From Tubiluchus corallicola (taxonomy: Eukaryota > Animalia > Priapulida), in NCBI GenBank assembly GCA_030141605.1, contig JAQGDQ010000299.1, forward strand, positions 223,804 to 287,803: a stretch of DNA of 64,000 bases, read 5' to 3'. Made by a program: the position numbers and the translations under genes. The notes beneath the pieces were generated by a model, which made no database searches, was not told the DNA's origin, and saw nothing but the letters and a program-made list of their open reading frames with translations. Positions within the stretch are counted from its first letter, which is position 1. Each line of letters begins with the position of its first letter. Shown here in pieces: positions 40,141 to 53,483 of this stretch.

Positions 40141-41582
40141 TTGTGTTCCATAACATAATCTACTATTTATGTCATTTGCCTGTGCTCGGTCTACACCTAG
40201 ACAATACATGTATAAACAAATTTAATAACAATATTTACAAATTCCAAAACTGCATCTAAAAATCTTGAATCTCATACCCAATAAGTTAGGTCCTATTCTG
40301 CCTGCCAGGCTTTTGAAATCCATTTTAAACACTGTCAATATTCCAGACATCTGTCGCAGGATCGCTGAATTAATTTTATTAAGCGATTGATCTAATTATT
40401 GACCCTCGGGAAATGAATTGAATCCGTGGCGAAAGTGTTGAATTTAACGGTAAATTCGCAGCTGCCCAGCCTCAGGTCGCTCCCCGCATAGGCGCAGTTA
40501 ATTAGTAACTTAGTTTATATAGCTAATAGAGGAAAATATGAAATAACGTTCTTCCTGTTAATTTAAATGGTCTGATTTTGATTGCCTGGCGGCCTGCACG
40601 CTCGCATGCTTGCACAGCTGCCATTGGTTAATTAACAAGATCGCCTTTTTTGCGTCTAACAAAATGGCGATTAAAACGCACTTGGGTTCTCGAAAGCTTG
40701 TATAACATTTGCAAGTTTAAGACTCAACAAGCTGTTTTTGAACTCACCTGTTTATGAATTTTGTTTGGCTTGCAAAATGTGGAAAGAAATTAACTGTTGC
40801 TATTTGGAAAATTACTATTACATTACTCTAGAGAGCTTACTTATGCAAAAGCGTTGGCATTGTTAGGTTAGTAGATTTTGTATAAAGAATCGTTTATAGA
40901 TCTTCACTTACTGATGAGAACATAGGCGTAACAGGACTGAGAATATTTATGATAAACGTGTGGTTTATATACCAACTGACTAGAAAACTGACCAACCAGT
41001 TCATATTCCACTAACTAACACGCACATAAATAAAACGTATTTACAACTATTCACAAAAAAATTAAAAATTATGATTTTATTAATATGGCCGTGGATATAT
41101 AAATTCTGAATTAGTGCGTATGTTGTCGTACTGGTGTGATGGTATTTCATATCTGGTTAATATTAATGATTTTAATTTTGTTTTAAATGCTGATAGGGAC
41201 CTGATTTGTTTAACCTGATTGGTTAAACAATTGATTTGATTTGATTGGTAGAGAATTCCAAAGTAGAATTGTTTGCTTGATTACAGAGTTCGTTCCATAG
41301 TGGGCAATCGTGCAACTTGTGGGTATTCACAATTATGAAAGACAATTATTCTCTTTGACACTGAGTTTTCGCACTTTATACCATTCGTTTGAAACAATTT
41401 GATAAAGTTTTGTTTATTTTTAATTTGCACAGCGTTTTTTGTCAATTTATTTTTGCAAATTTAGTTTTTTCATGCCCATATAATCGTATGTTATTCTTCA
41501 AGTAACCATTTTGTTGTAAACAAACGCTGGCAGGTGACGGAATATGTAATAAAATATCGTGATACTTTTTTACTATAATCTT

Positions 41583-43343
41583 ACTTCTTACATTTCACCA
41601 CCAGAGGTAACAGAAACAAGCTGACAGCTTCTCATTCATCCAAACAAAGGCTCTGGAGACATGTTTCCTTTCCCGTCGGTCATAATCCCATTTGAACCAA
41701 ACATGTCGGTTATCTAATATCTTAACCGAATTTCCGACTCTGTCGTTTGTAGCTTATTTTCGTAATTGATGATGAGCTTAAATTGAATGTACGAATTACT
41801 ACAATTCATAGTAAAATAAGATGTGAAAGATTTCAGCCATCCAATGCTTAATAATTAATAATTAACGTAAGGTATGCATTGTCACTTGTAGATGGCAGCA
41901 CTTGTAGCATTGTTGTAGGATGGCGACAGCTAATAATTGAATATGTGTGTGTGAAACAGAACGGACAAGAAGATTTAGATTCGTCTCGATGTTATTCTAA
42001 ATTTCATTTTGAAATAAACATTATAATTAATAATAATTTTATTGCCTAAAATCCATATAGAAAAGATCTTTGACGTTCAAACATTTAAAACTTACAAGAA
42101 ATCTACGAACCATAAGAAAAAATTAAAAAACTTCTAAAAATATATTAATTTCACGTTTAAATCTACGAACCATATTTATCATTTCATCTTTAGTGTTCAG
42201 ATGCTGCATAAACCTTGCAAAAAATCATACTCTTTTAGACGTGCTGAGTAAAATGAAAAGTGACAGTCAAATTACCCCATTTTTATCCTTGTTATGATAC
42301 CAGCCGCCACCCCCTGTATATCTCAAATTTTACTCTTAATTTCCGTAATTACATATTGACGTTTACGAATAATAACAAAGATACCCAAAAACAAAGTTAC
42401 CAGAAGAGTTTTTAAGGGGCTTGCGCAGTTTCTGCAACTTCGTGTACTGAGTAGCAGAGATACAGAATTTTCTGGCTACAGTTAACAGACGTTTACTGAG
42501 GTTTTGTAACCCATATTTTAGAACCTTCATTGAATGTGGAATTCCACCGCTCTTCTATGTGAAGCTATAATTTCCTCTCAGTTATCAGTCTGAGCTTTCA
42601 CAAACGTACACACTATCCCAGGTCACCCACCAAAATCATATGATACTAATACTTTAGTATAACCAAGAACTAATCTTGTTTCAGCTAGAGGTAGAATTTT
42701 TCCAGTGCTGTCCCTCGTTTACGAAATGTGCTTTCAAATGAGGTCAAAATCTCTCAAAGTATTGCTGTTTTTAAACGTGAAATTAAAATATTTTTAAAAG
42801 TTTTTTAATCTTTTCTTATGGTTCGTAGATTTCTTGTGAGTTTTAAATGTTTGAACGTCAAAGATCTTTTCTATATGGATTTTAGGCGATAAAATTATTA
42901 TTAATTATAATGTTTATTTCAAAATGAAATTTAGAATAACATCGAGACGAATCTAAACCTTCTTGTCCAATCTGCTTCACACAAACACATTCAACTATTA
43001 GCTGTCGCCATCCTACAACAATGCTACAAGTGCTGCCATCTACAAGCGACAATGCATACCTTACGTTAATTATTAATGATTAAGCATTGGATGGCTGAAG
43101 TCTTTCACGTCTTATTTTACTGTGAATTGTAAGAAATTCAAGGCCATCATCAATTACGAAAATAAGGTACAAACGACAGAGTCGGAAATTCGGTTAAGAT
43201 ATTAGATAACAGACATGTTTAGTTGAAATGGGATTATGATCGACGGGAAAGGAAACATGCCTCCAGAGCCTTTGTTTGGATGAATGAGGAGCTGTTAGCT
43301 TGTTTCTGTTACCGCTGGTGGTCGGTAGGAAATGTCAGAAATC
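41583..43343. mobile_element. Large inverted repeat or foldback element: ~575-bp arms and a ~610-bp spacer
   Basis: 41583-42161 is the reverse complement of 42770-43343 with scattered substitutions and small indels, e.g. tcattcatccaaacaaaggctctgga and atccatatagaaaagatctttgacgttcaaacatttaaaact are mirrored. Confidence 0.9.
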
Positions 43344-44100
43344 ATAAACTTCAAAAGTAATCACCCATCTCCTCAAAGAGTTCTTCTTCTGTTGAGAACA
43401 GACTGAAGATATGAGGACGTTGCAAAATCAACATGAACAATGCAAAAAATTCTCAGTGTGTAGGGTTTGTTACCTTAAGAAAAGAAGTAAAAATAACAGA
43501 TTCGTTTTAGAACTATTAAAATTTTAGAAATGGAAATTTTTAGAAAACTAGAGCGAATCTAATAGGTTGTGGTAAATCGGTTTTTTATTTGTAAAGCTAG
43601 AAAAACAAAAGGTGTCCTCGTGATCAGAACGATTGCAAGGTATTGTGCAAAGTCGAGTGAATAGGCCTAAGCCTTTTCATAGTTTTGTTATACAGACGTG
43701 CAGTTGCTGTAGCTCAAATGCTAAGTATATCACAGTAACGCGTCTTAACTCTATCCGTCATGTGACATGTGTGTAAATCAAAGCTGTCTACCGCATCAAT
43801 TCAGTAACTTCAGTTGTTTTACGTGGATTTTACTTTATTATGCATTAGTCTGTGCGTTGAGTGATTGACTGGCAGAATCTTACTTTGAAACAAAAAAATG
43901 AACTAGGCAAGGTTCTAGCTAGCTGTTAAAACTGTCACAGACTGCGAGGCGTTGGTCAAGTGCACACAAATGTGTTGTCTGGTACACTTAACCTTTGACC
44001 TTTTTACAATCATCATCAATCGCTCGAACTGTTAAAAGGCTTATTCCTCATTTGCAAGAATGCAAATACTCGTGAATTATAATTATGTATTCAATTAGCA

Positions 44101-44256
44101 AACTGACTAATCCACTGACTGACTGACTGACTGACTAACTGACTGACTGACTGACTGACTGACTGACTGACTGACTGACTGACTGACTGACTGACTGACT
44201 GACTGACTGACTGACTGACTGACTGACTGACTGACTGACTGACTGACTGACTGACT
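44101..44256. repeat. (ACTG)n microsatellite
   Basis: Directly visible. Confidence 0.98.
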
Positions 44257-44913
44257 AATGTTGGCACTTAGTCACTGAGGTTACACTGCCCCGGTTCAGA
44301 TACAACTGAGGAAACATTTTTCCACTGTATAGCGTCTCTAATCACGTTAATTTCAAAAAATGTTTAACAATTATCGATATAAGTTGTATAATTAATTCCC
44401 AAGTTTTATATGAAGGCAAGTTGATGAAGGAACAGGATAGCAAAATCCTTCTAGTTCCTCCTCTTAGCTAATTTAGGTCTCAACTGTTAAAACGACATCG
44501 TCTTATAATTAATAGTAATTCTCCAAAGTGGTGAATATTATTTCACAATATTGGCTATTATCTTTCACTGTTAGTAGATGGCGCGACAATCCTACAACAG
44601 ACCTCACCTGCCAGGAAAGATTCTAGAAGTTATTTTGCCGTAAAAAGTAGTTAAACCCAGGACCGTGTCAAAAAAGCAATTCCGGTACATTTATCAGCTA
44701 GGTGTCGCTTCTATTGTTGCTCCCAGTTTTGGGAGAATTCCAAAGTTCGAATTGTTGTTGAAAATAACCGACAGCTCCACTTGTGTGTTTCGCTTAGAGC
44801 GGGATCCTGAGGGAAAAGATATTTCTGGGAAAAGTCAACATTATGAGCACACGTTAAATGTATGCTGTTACGTTCACTTAATTAAAGTTGACAATTTTCT
44901 ATAAGATGTACTT

Positions 44914-45580
44914 AGTTTAAACATTATTTATTTAGGATTGAATCAGACTGTTTGAACAACATGATTTAGGATCCTCACCACAACAGACGTTATACACTAT
45001 TTACAAGAACATTTACAGTAAGAATAGACTATAACTACACAAGCTGACAAGTTTTACTACAAGATTACATTAGACATTAGTAACATTTACAGTGAGAATT
45101 GACTATAACTACACAAGCTGACAAGTTTTACTACAAGAATACATTAGACATTAGTAATATTTACAGTAAGAATATACTATAATTACACAAGCTGACAAGT
45201 TTTACTACAAGAATACATTAGACATTAGTAGAAAATGACGGTTAGAAAATATTGTTGTACGAATATTTAAGACTGATGCATTTTATATCAGATAGAAACT
45301 ACTGGAAGTGTTTAGTACGTAATATAAAGCCATGTATGCATTGGAATATTTTACAGTTAGCAACATAGTTAAATTCATCTTTTCCGAATAATAACAACTT
45401 CAACAGATCATTATTTCCTAAGGCAGCTATATTAAGGTTTTCGGGCAGAAGTATTTCATTTAGTTTATCAAACATAACAACCCTAGCTAGTTGATACAAC
45501 GGGCAGTGCAACAAAAAGTGTTCAACAGACTCAAATGGAAATCCACAGTTACAATTCGGCAATATTCGATGACCGTTATT
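44914..45580 (-). mobile_element. 5'-truncated CR1-group LINE (C-terminal zinc knuckle plus 3'UTR)
   Basis: Peptide CNCGFPFESVEHFLLHCPLY...LLLFG...N..IF..I..FI..TKHF; 3' end aatcct...atgtttaaact; 10-bp TSD agatgtactt (44904-44913, 45581-45590). Confidence 0.88.
45002..45230. repeat. 74-bp tandem repeat x3 within the LINE 3'UTR
   Basis: Units start at 45009, 45083 and 45157. Confidence 0.92.
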
Positions 45581-46447
45581 AGATGTACTTTATAAGATGA
45601 GCTGAGTTTTTTCTCACCGGCATTTCAAAAAAGAGAATTGCGTTAGCAGCTGTTTTGCGAATTGTATATTAGTTAATACAAATGTTAAGATAATTAAGGG
45701 ATCTCATTAAGCTAAATTATGTGTTACTAAATCAGTTTTATTCCTCCAATTCGCAACCGCTTCCATCGAAAAGATGCACTGAACAAGTCAGGTCAAATTC
45801 ATTTGTCCTTGCATTTGGTGCTTTGCTTTGCTTGGTTCCTTGTCCCATTGTTTCTCAACACATTGATATCTCAGTTGGTTATTCGTTTTCAAATACGTTC
45901 TTAGTTGCGTTTAGGGTATTCGAGTTACAAATTATACGTTTTCTGACTTCCTAAACCTGATATAATAGTATACTACATACTGCTTTTATTTTTCTAGCAG
46001 CCACACTACTCAAATGTCAGGGAGTGGCATTTACGACTCAATGGTATGCGCCTAAAAAGATTATGACACCAATATGTCTTTATTATTGACCATGTTTTTT
46101 TCTAAGAGTAATGGTTAAGACAGTCAAAGAGGCAGTTGGCCTGTTTTATTCAGTCGCCTGTGACAATGGCATCCTCATTAGCATAGTAATTAACCTCTGA
46201 ACGAAGTTCAAAAGTGGAATTTTTGGCGATACTGTCGTTAGTGGCACCATATATCACCAGTGCTGCTGAACGACCGCAGATGTTATACGCCTCTGCTTAA
46301 TTATTCCAATTTTTTTAGCTATGTGACAGGTCTGGGTCTCTGCTATGGACAACTTCTTAAATGAACATTCTCACTTAAGTTCGCTGAGATAGTAGTACTG
46401 GGTATCTGTGGGCTGGATTTTTTGGCAATTTGAAAATCGTGAAATAA

Positions 46448-46745
<298 letters not shown>

Positions 46746-47599
46746 GTCATTACCAGGTATGAAACAAAACACTAATTTTATTAATTGTGATATTTTCGTA
46801 GATTGTGTCTTTGTCAAAAAAAACAAGAAAAAAGAAAAAAGAAAATTATTTAACAGTGAATATGCTACAAAATTATGTTAGCCACGTCACAATTACGGAA
46901 GGTCACGGTGCTCTGGTTACAAACAATATAGTTCCAGTTTTAAAACAAAAATGAAAAACGATGTTTTTGTTTGTTTGATATTTGACCTCAATGAGTTCTT
47001 AACCTGCAGCCACTAAAAGGTGTCAAATGATTTTTAAAACATTTTACATGACGTCGCGTTAAATAATGGTAATTAACGGTAATTAGCGCTGAATTAATTA
47101 GCGGTAATTACCGTCTTCCTGGATTCATTTTTGCATATGATGTAAGCCTGCTTTTCGAGCTCTGCATTTTTTTAAAAATTCATGGTGTATATTGGAAATA
47201 TTATGCTGGTATTATGCAAAATATGACTACATGAGTTGTTTTTTTTGTACAAAGTACACGGGCAAGCTGTCAGAAGACGAACTTTGCACAGCAGTCTCCA
47301 TTCATGAGCTGATAATGTTCAACGTGAAAAATTCTGACTTGATACGACTGTGATTCTGGTTTGCCACAACCAAACTCAAAGAATTCATTATAGGGTTTTT
47401 ATTACTTGTTAATTTGATTTTCTGTTATTGCAAGAATAATTGCTGTTTAAAACATTTGCATTGAAAATATTAATACGCCTGTTTGTCAGTTCGGAAATTT
47501 GCTGAGGAGAAGCCGTTATGACGTTGATTATTATAACCGTAATTAATAGTCTACCAGGCGCTGTTATTTATATTTAATTCTTTTTATTTATATGTGTAC

Positions 47600-48152
47600 G
47601 TGTACTTGTATTTAATTTGTATTTGTATTTGTATTTGCATTTGCATTTGCATTTGCATTTGCATTTGTATTTGTGTTTGTATTTGCATTTGCATTTGTAT
47701 TTGTATTTACATTTTTATTTGTAGGTATTTGTATTTCCATTTACATTTGTGTTTACATTTGTATTTGCATTTACATCTGTGTTTATATGTATTTGCATTT
47801 CCATTTATATTTGTATTTGCATTTGCATTTGCATTTGCATTTGCATTTGCATGTGCATTTGCAATTGCATTTGCATTTGTATTTGCATTTACATCTGTGT
47901 TTATATGTATTTGCATTTCCATTTATATTTGTATTTGCATTTGCATTTGCATTTGCATGTGCATTTGCAATTGCATTTGCATTTGTATTTGCATTTGTAT
48001 TTGCATTTACATCTGTGTTTATATGTATTTGTATTTACATTTACATTTGTGTTTACATTTGTATTTGCATTTACATCTGTGTTTATATGTATTTGTATTT
48101 ACATTTGCATTTGTATTTGCATTTGTGTTTGTATTTGCACTTGTATTTGTAT
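47600..48152. repeat. (TTTGCA/TTTGTA)n hexamer satellite with higher-order blocks
   Basis: tttacatctgtgtttatatgtatttg recurs four times inside the hexamer array. Confidence 0.95.
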
Positions 48153-48299
48153 GAAGTGGTAAGCGAGGTTTAATTATTCTGTAATCAATTATATCTACAC
48201 GAAGCGTACAGTAAGTATCTCATATTCGTTCCCATTCTGTCTTCAGTCAGTTCCAGTTAATGTGGCTCGAAATTTTACTTCCTACATGCAATTTCTTTT

Positions 48300-48999
48300 A
48301 CAGAACCGTGCCATTATCTTGCGTGTCATGACAATGAAATTCATTGCCTTGACTTGTGAAGTCTGGTTGCTTGTCTGAAACGCCCGAGGCAACCCAACAA
48401 AGTGGCATAAACTTGTACAAAAAACTGCGTTTACGTACAACAATAGCAGGTTTCCATTTCACCGCATTCGCAGCAAGTGCGTTCATACGAAATAAACGCG
48501 AAATTACGTGTAAGCGATTTAACACTTTCTTTTCAGTTTCTTTTCGCCGGGTCACGTGATATCAGCATCCTGTGGACGCGGAATTTGTCACCATGGTGAC
48601 GCAAACTGAAATGTCACTCAAGGGAGAACAATACGGCTTGCAAGTGGTGCAATATTTTCGTCTATACGACTTATAAGTTTCCAGTTAAAACAGTTTATTG
48701 ACAATAAGTAAATCAAAACTTCAGAAGGGAAATTCGTTTTGAAAAGTCTGATGTCATTTTAAAGCAATCGACCATTTGCTTCTTTAAAGCACTTTTTTCG
48801 TGACGTTTCTCAACGATTTTGTCAGCAAACGTTAAATTTTGTTCGGTTGGCATTTCTAACCTATTAAAGCAAGATTTGCATTCGTCTTCGTACTTTGTTT
48901 TAGTTAGTGTCGTTGCGATGCGTGACAGGTTCAGAAAATCAATAATGTGCTCGCGGCGTGTAATACCTGTTTTGTCGACTATGACTATTTTTCAAATAG
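48300..48999 (+). promoter_or_regulatory. Candidate promoter or 5' regulatory region of the downstream gene
   Basis: Repeat-free and relatively CpG-rich; gtcacgtgat E-box (USF/TFE-type) at 48551-48560; candidate splice acceptor tttttcaaatAG at 48998-48999. Confidence 0.35.
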
Positions 49000-49137
49000 G
49001 TTGAGCGCTCTGACTGCACACAGCAGCGGTATTGGTTTTTGTGGCCGCACGCAGCACTGATCTTTCTGTTTGCTCTCCTACATTATCCTCATCTATTCGA
49101 GTGCTAAGTGGCGTTAAAGAGTGTGGAAGGGGAAGGC

Positions 49138-51823
49138 ATGAGTTCCCAGGATTTTACCACGCAGTCTGGCGACGAGGACCGGAAACAGATTGGTGGGTAC
49201 AGCTGTCAGGCATTTGGAACTAAGAAGATCTTTAAGAAACTTCATCCGACGCTGAACACCATCACAGAGAAGGAAGAGAAGTCGATGGCATTTGTGAGCA
49301 ACAATAAGAAACGGAAACGGGCCAAGCTGTGCCTGGATTTCTTGCTCAACGGGTCATCAAACAGGCACTGGAGTCCTATTGGGTACACCATCACCGATAG
49401 TGAGCTACCTGCAGAAGCAGAAGAACCTTTAATCAACAACGCTCCACATGGAGACAGCAGTGGAGACGAGTGGAGTATTCACACACCGGATTCAGCTGAA
49501 GCGTTTCTGGACCTAATGGATCGCAAGAGTCCTGATTCACCTGGACCAGGACCCTTGCTAAACTTTTCTGTGGAAAGCTTGCACAATATTTCGCCAGAGT
49601 CGCTACTGCATGTCAGCGACAGAGAATTTTCGACACCAGAATCGGTTGAATCCATCATGGACGACACGCCCAGGTCGAGTAGAAACAGCAGCTTGAAGAG
49701 AAACTTTGAGCTAAATGGCAACGTGCCAGACGACACAAAGGAACACTCCCGAGAATTTGACCCGAACAATCCTATGGATTCACGTATTTACGATAAGATA
49801 TGGGAGACAGAGAACCAACAAACGTCGTGGAAGCAAAATGACTTGTGCAATGGATGGAGCGACTTTCCGGCGAGACCGCAATCTCCTATTGAAATTAATC
49901 GTAATGAAGAATCAAGTTCTCCTACTTGCCTTAATGGAGATGTAAGTAATCGATATTGTAGTGACCGAGAACCAGACGAAATAGACAGTCTTATAATGCG
50001 CACAAAAGCTGAAAACAACAAACAACAACTTTCACCCCTAAAAGGACGCAAACCATACAAGGAACTATCACGTCCACTTAAAAGCACAGATGTCACAGAG
50101 TACAAAAACTCTTTAAACAGATCACGGAGGCCCACCAGGAATGTTGACAACCAAAACACTGGTGACAGATCAAGAAACAGAAGTGGTGCATCCATCACTA
50201 GTTTACCACAGGAAGTGAAGAACAGCCACAAAGAGGCAGACATGAAGATCAATGGCAACCGCAGGAAGCCGCCCACACCTCCTTTGAAGCCACCCAGAAT
50301 GTACTACAGTCACCTGCTTGAAAATCCCAATATGGTTAATAACAACAAGAATGCTGGGGAAAAAGAACTGGATAAGCGTCCGAATAGACCTGCTTCATCA
50401 GCATCAGTTACGCCTGATGAAGGCAAGCGTGGCATGAAACCAGCCGGTCGACAGCAACGTTGTCGCAGTTTAAGCCCCACAAGAAATGGCACCTCTCTCA
50501 GTCTTCCTCCTGAACGTGTTCGATATTCAGATCAGCTTGAAACTTGCACCCGATCCAGCCGATCACAGCATGATAAAAATCTGAACTGGTTCTTGCAAGA
50601 GTCGAAAGAGCAACGACAGAATTCCTCGCAACGGGAAAGAACGCAGAAGAATCTGTACGAGAATTGTCGGATGACACGATCGACACAGTCTTTACAGCGT
50701 GATCAGAGATTTGGTTTAAACAAACAAGACATGGACGAGCAAGTCGAGGTGGCTTCCCTTTCTGGTTCTGTGAAGGAACGAATCGATAATTTCGAAAGAA
50801 TGTCGCAGACGTCATCAAACAGTGAAAATGGTCATAGATTTAAATATCTCAGCGATTCCGAGTACAGCTATAAGAAGTGCAAGCGCCGCCCTGGTGAGAA
50901 GAAGTCTCTTGGCTACTGCAATAGCTCCGGATCAGCATCTTGTGATGAGTACAATCTTGATGATGACTTTGCTCCCCGTTGGGCCAACTATTGCTTACTG
51001 AAGAACATCCGTAATTCAGAAACCGGTAGCGATGATACTTCTGTGTTAAACAGAGTAGTCAAATATCCCACATTTAGTGACTTGACCAGTGCAGATCTGG
51101 AACTGCAACCATCTGATTTTGATTACGAGCTGGACAGTCAGGGTCCAGTGTACGAAGAGAAGTCCAGCTGGAGGACCCAGAGCGACACCGAAAGCGGCAG
51201 ATCTGGAAACAAACATCGCGTGCGATTTGCTTGCGACGATGATGTTAAACATAAGCAAAACAACGAAGCACAAAAACACCAGAGCAAAGAACTGACTACG
51301 TACGGTAGTGATACGTCTGAGAGAAAGTGTCCTACGCCAGTACTTGAGGGAAATAATTGCACAAGTTTTCAATGGGAAGTTGGTTTACAGACATCTAAAA
51401 AATTCTTGGATGCCAATAATAGCATGACTACGTATATTAGTGATACGTCTGAGAGAAACTGTACTACGCCAGTACTTGAGGGAAATAATTGCACAAGTTT
51501 TCAACAGGAAGTTGGTTTACAGACATCTAAAAAGTTCTTGGATGCCAATAATAGCATGACTACGTATATTAGTGATACGTCTGAGAGAAACTGTACTACG
51601 CCAATACTTGAGGGAAATAATTGCACAAGTTTTCAACAGGAAGTTGGTTTGCAGAGATCTAAAAAATTCTTGGATGCCAATGATAGCACGGTGTCGCGAC
51701 GCAGTGACAACGGCGGGCTAGAGGAACCTAAGATTACGATTGGCCTGATGAGATCCCATCTAGAAGATCTTATTGAATGTGCCGTCAACATTCAATTGTC
51801 TCTCAGCGACGCAGAGGACGAAG
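49138..51823 (+). CDS. Large first coding exon (~895 aa) of an unidentified, largely disordered signalling or scaffold-type protein; 3'-incomplete
   Basis: 2.7-kb non-repetitive ORF with higher GC than its surroundings. An in-frame TAA at 49105-49107 precedes ggcATG at 49138. Consensus donor GAAG|gtgagt at 51823/51824 (phase 1), after which composition becomes intron-like, so the ORF-track end at 51885 is read-through. Confidence 0.88.
51293..51690 (+). repeat. Coding 132-bp (44-aa) tandem repeat x3
   Basis: tgactacgta... starts at 51293, 51425 and 51557; unit TTY(G/I)SDTSER(K/N)C(P/T)TP(V/I)LEGNNCTSFQ(W/Q)EVGLQ(T/R)SKKFLDAN(N/D)S. Confidence 0.97.
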
Positions 51824-53483
51824 GTGAGTTTGTTTTAGCTTCTAGAGAAATTAGAGTAGTACTATGTTTGCATTTCAGTAGCTAATATAATGGCTACAGC
51901 GTGAGGTCAGCCTCTTGTCTGGAATTAAGTCTGCACACAAACTTTTCAAGTTCAATTACATAATGCATCAAAAAGGTTTAAGGTCTCGTGACAAAGATTG
52001 CATAGATCAGCTAATCCTTAAATACCAGGCAGCATGGAGCTCTGCACATAGGAAATGCACCATGCTTCCAATGTAAACGCTTCTGCTATATTGTCTGCAT
52101 TAGAAAAGCGCTCCATTGCCTCAAGCAGTTCTTTCTCCATTAAGCTTGTTATGGTTTTCACTTGGAAACTGGGTTTACATATTGTAATAATTGATAGCTT
52201 CGTCCTCGGGTACAGCATAAAATGATTAATCAATGGTCCTACCTGCTGACCTCTTAGACCTTAATGTCAATTTTTCTACTGACGACTGAAGACCAATTGC
52301 AGGGGACTTACTTTCACATAAAAGCAGATTTTCGCCTTGAGATGTAAAAAGATCAAACGTTTATCTGTAGTAGATTACACGAGAAATCAAGCTGTGTTTG
52401 TAATTAGCAACTTTTAACAGAAATTGAAACGGCGCCATTTTTGAGACCGTTTAACTTTTGTGTTAATCCGCGCAGCAAATAGTTTTTTTGTAGTGGAATA
52501 TCACTTTTGACAAAGTTTTGCAAAGTTTTCACTTATTTATTTTATTATTTATTGTTTGTTGTCTGTAAACTCGTCAGGTCTCTCAATTTATGATTATTTA
52601 AAAAAAACACTGAGGTTGTTCGTTTTTAAATCTTACAGTAGATCGTGCTATGACTCCATTTCAGTACAAAAAACTTTTTTGCATGCTGCATGCATGCTTC
52701 CCTGCTACAGCCATCACAAACTCATGTTACTGGCTTTTCTTAAATTTAAATTTAATTGGTTTCGTGCCCGAGGTTTGTAGTGCAAATTTAATTTGTTCGG
52801 CTGAAACAAGTCAATCAACCTGTACTTTCTAGCGTATATGTGCTAAACAATATTTGATAGAATTTAGCTCTAGGCGTTCGGAGGGCCAATGCACTATACT
52901 CGATTCGTTTATGGCATTCTTAATCAGCCTTAAATATCATGTCATTTTTGTTATGTATTAACATTCGTGAGAAAACTCTTACTTGTTGTCTGTGACACGA
53001 TGGAATGTTTTGTAGTAGAAAACGAAGACTCCTGTATCACTCAAAGTTTCACTTTTAATTTAAATTTTAATACCACATATAAAATACGTCATACGGCGCT
53101 GAAAGTTTTTATAGAGAAATTCTGTACAAACATTATAATGCTTCTTCCTTCTACATTTGTTGATTATTTAACTCCCTTTCAACAAATCCATTACTATTTT
53201 ACTCGTAGACTTATTGGTAACGTTGATCCTCCTGGCATACATACTAGTTGCTGCTACCGAAATTCTTCATATGCTGCTATCCCAACAATGGACTCAACTT
53301 ACTCCTTGGGCAAAAGATTTGGAATTGCAACAGTTTAAAAAGGACATATTTGATTTGTGACTAACTCGTTACCTAACCTGCTTAGTTGGCGTTTTTAAAT
53401 GTTTCTAACTTCAATTGTTTGTCTTGCTACCATTAACTGTCTTTATAACTGTCTGAATATTGCCTTGACTGTGCCAAAAATAT

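Noticed and set aside
50405-50445. Hammerhead-like CTGATGA...GAAAC (also CTGANGA at ~23611 and ~40911)
   Set aside because: No convincing stem II or stems I/III; the first lies within coding sequence.
49108-51885. Single-exon 925-aa gene as given by the ORF track
   Set aside because: It starts at GTG rather than ATG, and the last ~20 codons follow a consensus GTGAGT donor and look intronic.
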